DNA of 52,063 nt from the IMG/VR virus record IMGVR_UViG_3300045988_076157, positions 1-52,063 of that record. The stretch is one strand, 5' to 3'. Source of the stretch: a virus. Below are positions 48,660-52,063 of this stretch, one piece after another. Each line of letters starts with the position of its first letter. Within the stretch, counting starts at the first letter, position 1. The translations under genes were made by a program, and so were the position numbers. The notes under the pieces were generated by a model. The model saw only the letters and a list, made by a program, of their open reading frames with translations. It searched no databases and was not told where the DNA came from.

Positions 48660-49388
48660 ATGTCTGTATTCATTTTCAATGCACAAACGGTAAATGATGC
48701 TTGGGAGCAGGCATTCGGCGCTCTGGCGATCCAGGCTTCTGAGGGCTTTGCTGACACTTCCCGTGATGGCGGAGTGGTTGGTGAGATCACTGATGCTGTT
48801 TTCTGTATCAAGGATCCTACTCGCAACATTGTGACCAGTCCGATCCGAAAGATGCCCTTGCGCTATGCTGTCGGAGAGTTGGCTTGGTATCTGTCCGGTT
48901 CCAACAAGGTCTCTGATATCAGTCGGTTTGCTAAGAAGTGGGTTGACATCTCTGATGATGGTGAAACCAATAACTCTGCTTATGGGTATCGTATCTTCAC
49001 CAAGTTTGGGTTTGATCAGTGGGAGTATGTGAAGTCTCTCCTGATGAAAGACCCCAATTCTCGTCAGGCAGTCATTCACATCAAGAATGCTGATGATACA
49101 CCCACCAAGGACACTCCCTGCACGGTGTATCTCCAGTTCTTCATCCGCGATGGCAAGTTGAATCTGTCGGTACATATGCGATCCAACGATATTTGGATGG
49201 GTGTGCCTTATGACATGTTCAGCTTTTGCTTCCTGCAGATGAAGATGGCTATGGAGTTAGGTGTTGAGATCGGTGAATACCACCACTACGCTGGGTCTCT
49301 GCACATGTATGCTCGAGATTGGGAGACTGCTCAGAAAACTGTGGGTAGTTGTTCCTGCAAGAAGCTCAAGCGTGAAGGAGTGAACTGA
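48660..49388 (+). CDS. ThyA-fold deoxypyrimidylate C5-(hydroxy)methylase, T4 gp42-like, Asp at the base-specificity position
   Basis: Catalytic Cys154 in TPCTVYLQF. MRSNDIWMGVPYDMF aligns ungapped with E. coli [15 protein letters not shown], so N177 corresponds to Asp185 (GAC at 49212-49214). NSAYGY, DPNSRQ and GSLHMY strings resemble T4 dCMP hydroxymethylase. Confidence 0.8.
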   Translation: MSVFIFNAQTVNDAWEQAFGALAIQASEGFADTSRDGGVVGEITDAVFCIKDPTRNIVTSPIRKMPLRYAVGELAWYLSGSNKVSDISRFAKKWVDISDDGETNNSAYGYRIFTKFGFDQWEYVKSLLMKDPNSRQAVIHIKNADDTPTKDTPCTVYLQFFIRDGKLNLSVHMRSNDIWMGVPYDMFSFCFLQMKMAMELGVEIGEYHHYAGSLHMYARDWETAQKTVGSCSCKKLKREGVN

Positions 49389-49762
49389 TGTCATACAACA
49401 GGGTCACCAAAGGACCTGAGCTCATCAAGGTGATGGTCAAAATTCTTGATGAGAATAAGGACGTTCTGGTATGGGATCACTTCTGCTATGCTCCGAAAGA
49501 CCTGTACCTCAAGTTCCTGGAAAACCGAGGTATTGAGAGATTTGAACTGGCAGAGTACCTTCAGCGGTGGTGCCTGTTAGACTTCAATTGCGACTTACCT
49601 ATGACCAGAGCTCAGGACATGACTGTGCTCAAAGAACTGATAATGGACAAATACTCCAAGATCTTCCCGTATCTGTCTCGCCCCAGCACTACAGACAGAC
49701 AGGGTTGGTGTAGAGTTTGGTTGTCCGAACATATGGAAAGAGAAATGAGGAAAAAGAAATGA
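49388..49762 (+). CDS. Hypothetical protein (124 aa)
   Basis: ORF track entry, coupled to both neighbours. Confidence 0.65.
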   Translation: MSYNRVTKGPELIKVMVKILDENKDVLVWDHFCYAPKDLYLKFLENRGIERFELAEYLQRWCLLDFNCDLPMTRAQDMTVLKELIMDKYSKIFPYLSRPSTTDRQGWCRVWLSEHMEREMRKKK

Positions 49763-50145
49763 TTGATAAGACTACTTATGATGAGGATACTTTGTTCCCC
49801 CAGATTGCCGCAGTGGACTTTGACGGTCTGCTTGTAGAAAACAAGTTCCCGGAGATCGGTGAGATCCGTCAGCCCATGTTTGATGCTGTAAAGCAACTTC
49901 AGCAGAATGGTTGGAAGATCATTCTGTGGAGCTGTCGTACTGACGAGATGTTGGCCGAGGCTGTTGCTTTCTGCACGAATCATGGTCTTGTTCCTGATGC
50001 CGTGAATGAAAATCTCAAGGAAGTACAGAAGTATTTCGGTGGAGATACTCGTAAAGTATTTGCCAACATCTATCTGGATGACCGGAGTGCGAACTACCGG
50101 AGCGACCTTGGAGTATTCGCAACTATCCCGCCGGAGACTCTGTAG
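49759..50145 (+). CDS. HAD-superfamily phosphatase (nucleotidase-like)
   Basis: AAVDFDGLL (DxD nucleophile motif) near the N-terminus. 128 aa. Confidence 0.6.
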   Translation: MIDKTTYDEDTLFPQIAAVDFDGLLVENKFPEIGEIRQPMFDAVKQLQQNGWKIILWSCRTDEMLAEAVAFCTNHGLVPDAVNENLKEVQKYFGGDTRKVFANIYLDDRSANYRSDLGVFATIPPETL

Positions 50146-50147
50146 CT

Positions 50148-50522
50148 ATGAAGGAGAGTAATTTTCAGAGCAGGGCACTCCAGTACCTCAACTCCATACC
50201 GGGGTGCAGGGCTGAGAACGTTTCCGGGAACGCTATGCAGTCCGGTAGACCGGACATCAATGGTTGCTTCTTGGGTCGTGCATTTAAGTTGGAGCTTAAA
50301 GTCCCTGACCACAAGAATGTAACCAGCAAAAAGCAGGAACTTGAGCTCCGTAAATGGGCTACCGTAGGTTGCTCCATTGGAGTCCTTTATTCCATGGCTG
50401 CCCTAAAAGACTGGGTAGGGACAATGCAGCATCTTTGTAAAGAGGGGTACTGGACTGGAGAGCCTTGGGTAGTGACCAAGAGAGAAGAGGAGCATGGTTG
50501 TGAATCTTGGTTCTGGGTCTAA
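50148..50522 (+). CDS. VRR-NUC domain nuclease
   Basis: ESNFQSRALQYL...GRPDINGCFLGRAFKLELK...KKQELELRKW fits the VRR-NUC D...ExK...Q pattern. Classic pairing with a downstream SNF2 helicase. Confidence 0.75.
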   Translation: MKESNFQSRALQYLNSIPGCRAENVSGNAMQSGRPDINGCFLGRAFKLELKVPDHKNVTSKKQELELRKWATVGCSIGVLYSMAALKDWVGTMQHLCKEGYWTGEPWVVTKREEEHGCESWFWV

Positions 50523-51924
50523 ATTCATATTCAAGACGAAGCCTTGGGCACATCAGCTCAAGGCTCTTGAATATATGTATCCTCGGGATGCTGCTGCTCT
50601 GTATACCAAACCGGGCAGCGGCAAGACCAAAATCATGATTGACCTCATTGTCAACCGAGGGTTCAAGCGTGTATTAGTAGTAGCTCCTAAAAAGCCATGT
50701 GAAGTGTGGAAGCCTCAGATACAGCTACACTCTGACATCCCGCCGGAAAACATACATGAATTGTATTCTCTCAGCGGGAAGAAGAAAGCTGAGCTGCTAA
50801 AGACTTTCAAGACTGTACAACCGGGCGAGGGCTGCTCCATCTTCATCTGTAACTATGACTCCGTCTGGCAAAAACCTGTTGATAAAGTCTGGTTCTACAA
50901 GAAGCTGGGAATTGACTGTGTTATCTGCGATGAGAGTCACCGCATCAAGTCTCCATCAAGCAAGTGTTCCTGTTTTCTTGCTCGTCTCGGAAAGGTTGTT
51001 CCGCATCGGTATCTGCTGACCGGTACACCGCTGGCTGAAAATCCTATGGATGTGTATGCACAGTACAGATTCCTCGACCGGTCTATCTATGGTACCAACT
51101 ACCGAGCATTCTGCGAGCAGTACCAGAATGTTGACATCAACCTGAGTGCTCGTGTCGGCTTTCCAATTCTGGACAAGAAGCAGCCTTACAAAAACCTTGA
51201 TGACCTCAAAGATAAGATGTTCAGCTGTGCTTTCTACATGAAATCCACAGTAAAGCTCCCAAAAACGACCAGAATGGTTGTCAAGATATCCATGCCCGCC
51301 GGATTGGAATACTTGTACAAGGAGCTTGATAAAGAAGGTGCCCTGGAGATGGAAGAAGGTTTCTTGACCGTGAACAATGCTCTGTCCATGGTTATACGGA
51401 AACAGCAAGTAACAAGTGGGTATCTCCCTCTGGAACGAGATGATGGTACAACCGAGCTCAAGCGTATCAGTACATATAGGCGTACATTTTTATACAAGTT
51501 CCTCAAGCAGTTGCCAGAGTCTGAGCCGGTTGTAATCTTTGCGAAGTTCCAAAAAGACCTGTACTCTATCCGCAAGGTCACAGAACGCCTTGGTTGCGGA
51601 TATTCAGAAGTATCTGGCCGGGAAAATACCCTCAGGGACTGGAAGTCTGGAAAGACCCGAGTTCTGGGTGTACAGTATACAGCAGGGTCAGAGAGTATTG
51701 ACCTCACTCGTGCTCATCTCTGTATATTCTACACCCTTGACCACTCTTTGGGGAAATATGAGCAAGCGCGGGCACGAGTACATAGACCTGGTCAAGAAAG
51801 CCCATGCATCTACTACCACTTCACCGCTGTGATGTCTTCTGGTAGAACGGTTGACCAAGACATTGTTCAGTGCTGGAAAGACAAGAAAAATTATATAGAC
51901 CTTATCATGAGAGGAGCCTTGTAA
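50494..51924 (+). CDS. SNF2-family DEAD/H helicase
   Basis: PGSGKT, VICDESHRIK and LLTGTPLAENPMDVY motifs, plus the C-terminal helicase motif HRPGQ. Start is ATG at 50494 or GTG at 50500. Confidence 0.9.
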   Translation: MVVNLGSGSKFIFKTKPWAHQLKALEYMYPRDAAALYTKPGSGKTKIMIDLIVNRGFKRVLVVAPKKPCEVWKPQIQLHSDIPPENIHELYSLSGKKKAELLKTFKTVQPGEGCSIFICNYDSVWQKPVDKVWFYKKLGIDCVICDESHRIKSPSSKCSCFLARLGKVVPHRYLLTGTPLAENPMDVYAQYRFLDRSIYGTNYRAFCEQYQNVDINLSARVGFPILDKKQPYKNLDDLKDKMFSCAFYMKSTVKLPKTTRMVVKISMPAGLEYLYKELDKEGALEMEEGFLTVNNALSMVIRKQQVTSGYLPLERDDGTTELKRISTYRRTFLYKFLKQLPESEPVVIFAKFQKDLYSIRKVTERLGCGYSEVSGRENTLRDWKSGKTRVLGVQYTAGSESIDLTRAHLCIFYTLDHSLGKYEQARARVHRPGQESPCIYYHFTAVMSSGRTVDQDIVQCWKDKKNYIDLIMRGAL

Positions 51925-51946
51925 ATACAGGGTTCCTCTTTGTTTT
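51914..51946 (+). terminator. Probable terminator overlapping the SNF2 stop codon
   Basis: 8-bp stem (two G-U pairs) GAGCCTTG / CAGGGTTC with loop TAAATA, followed by CTCTTTGTTTT. Confidence 0.45.
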
Positions 51947-51976
51947 GAAAATTTTCAAGAAATTTTGTAAAAAGTA

Positions 51977-52005
51977 CTTTACTTTTCCAAAAGATAGAGT
52001 TATAA
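51977..52005 (+). promoter_or_regulatory. Consensus phage promoter TTTACT-17-TATAAT reading across the circular junction
   Basis: GTACTTTACTTTTCCAAAAGATAGAGTTATAATAGGCTTGTAAGG, followed by RBS AGGGAGGTG and the ATG equivalent to position 15. Confidence 0.6.
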
Positions 52006-52021
52006 TAGGCTTGTAAGGTTG

Positions 52022-52063
52022 AGGGAGGTGAGAAAATGAGTCAGCCCTACAGAAAAGGAAACT
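52022..52063. repeat. Second copy of the 42-bp terminal overlap
   Basis: Identical to bases 1-42. Confidence 0.95.

Overview
This window is a complete, circularly closed phage genome. Bases 1-42 are identical to 52022-52063, giving a unit length of 52,021 bp. It looks like a siphovirus-type dsDNA phage of a Firmicutes or Clostridia-like, probably spore-forming, host, judged from strong AGGAGG-type RBSs and homologues of sporulation genes. Two divergent arms meet at a ~1-kb non-coding, repeat-rich hub (27985-28950). The minus-strand arm (27984 down to 1658) carries TerS, a Bro-N insert, TerL, portal, two holin-like genes plus an endolysin, and a MuF head protein fused to an ADP-ribosyltransferase. 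It continues with an ADP-ribosylglycohydrolase, scaffold, major capsid, connectors, major tail, chaperone pair, tape measure, Dit, Tal and fibres, and ends in a cargo block of unknown membrane, Cys-rich and C1q-like proteins with a sigma region-4-like regulator. The plus-strand arm (28951 to 51924, continuing across the circular junction to 1382) carries many small early genes and RemA and Spo0A-C-terminal-domain homologues. It also carries two blocks of nucleotide/DNA-modification genes: a T4 gp42-like ThyA-fold enzyme with Asp at the base-specificity site, dCMP deaminase, MazG, DUF1599, a P-loop kinase, a GT-A-like glycosyltransferase, helical hypermodification-type proteins, and HD and HAD hydrolases. 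Replication and recombination genes follow: Prim-Pol/D5 primase-helicase, family A polymerase, one tRNA(CAU), Cas4-like nuclease, Sak4-like ATPase, a DUF669 protein, VRR-NUC and an SNF2 helicase. Eight copies of one conserved promoter (TTTACT-17-TATAAT) organise transcription. No integrase, CRISPR array, rRNA or transposable element was seen. The most interesting candidates are a predicted C5-pyrimidine (probably cytosine) DNA hypermodification pathway, a capsid-borne ART toxin with an ARH antidote cassette, a set of sporulation-regulator mimics, and the iteron/AT-rich hub.
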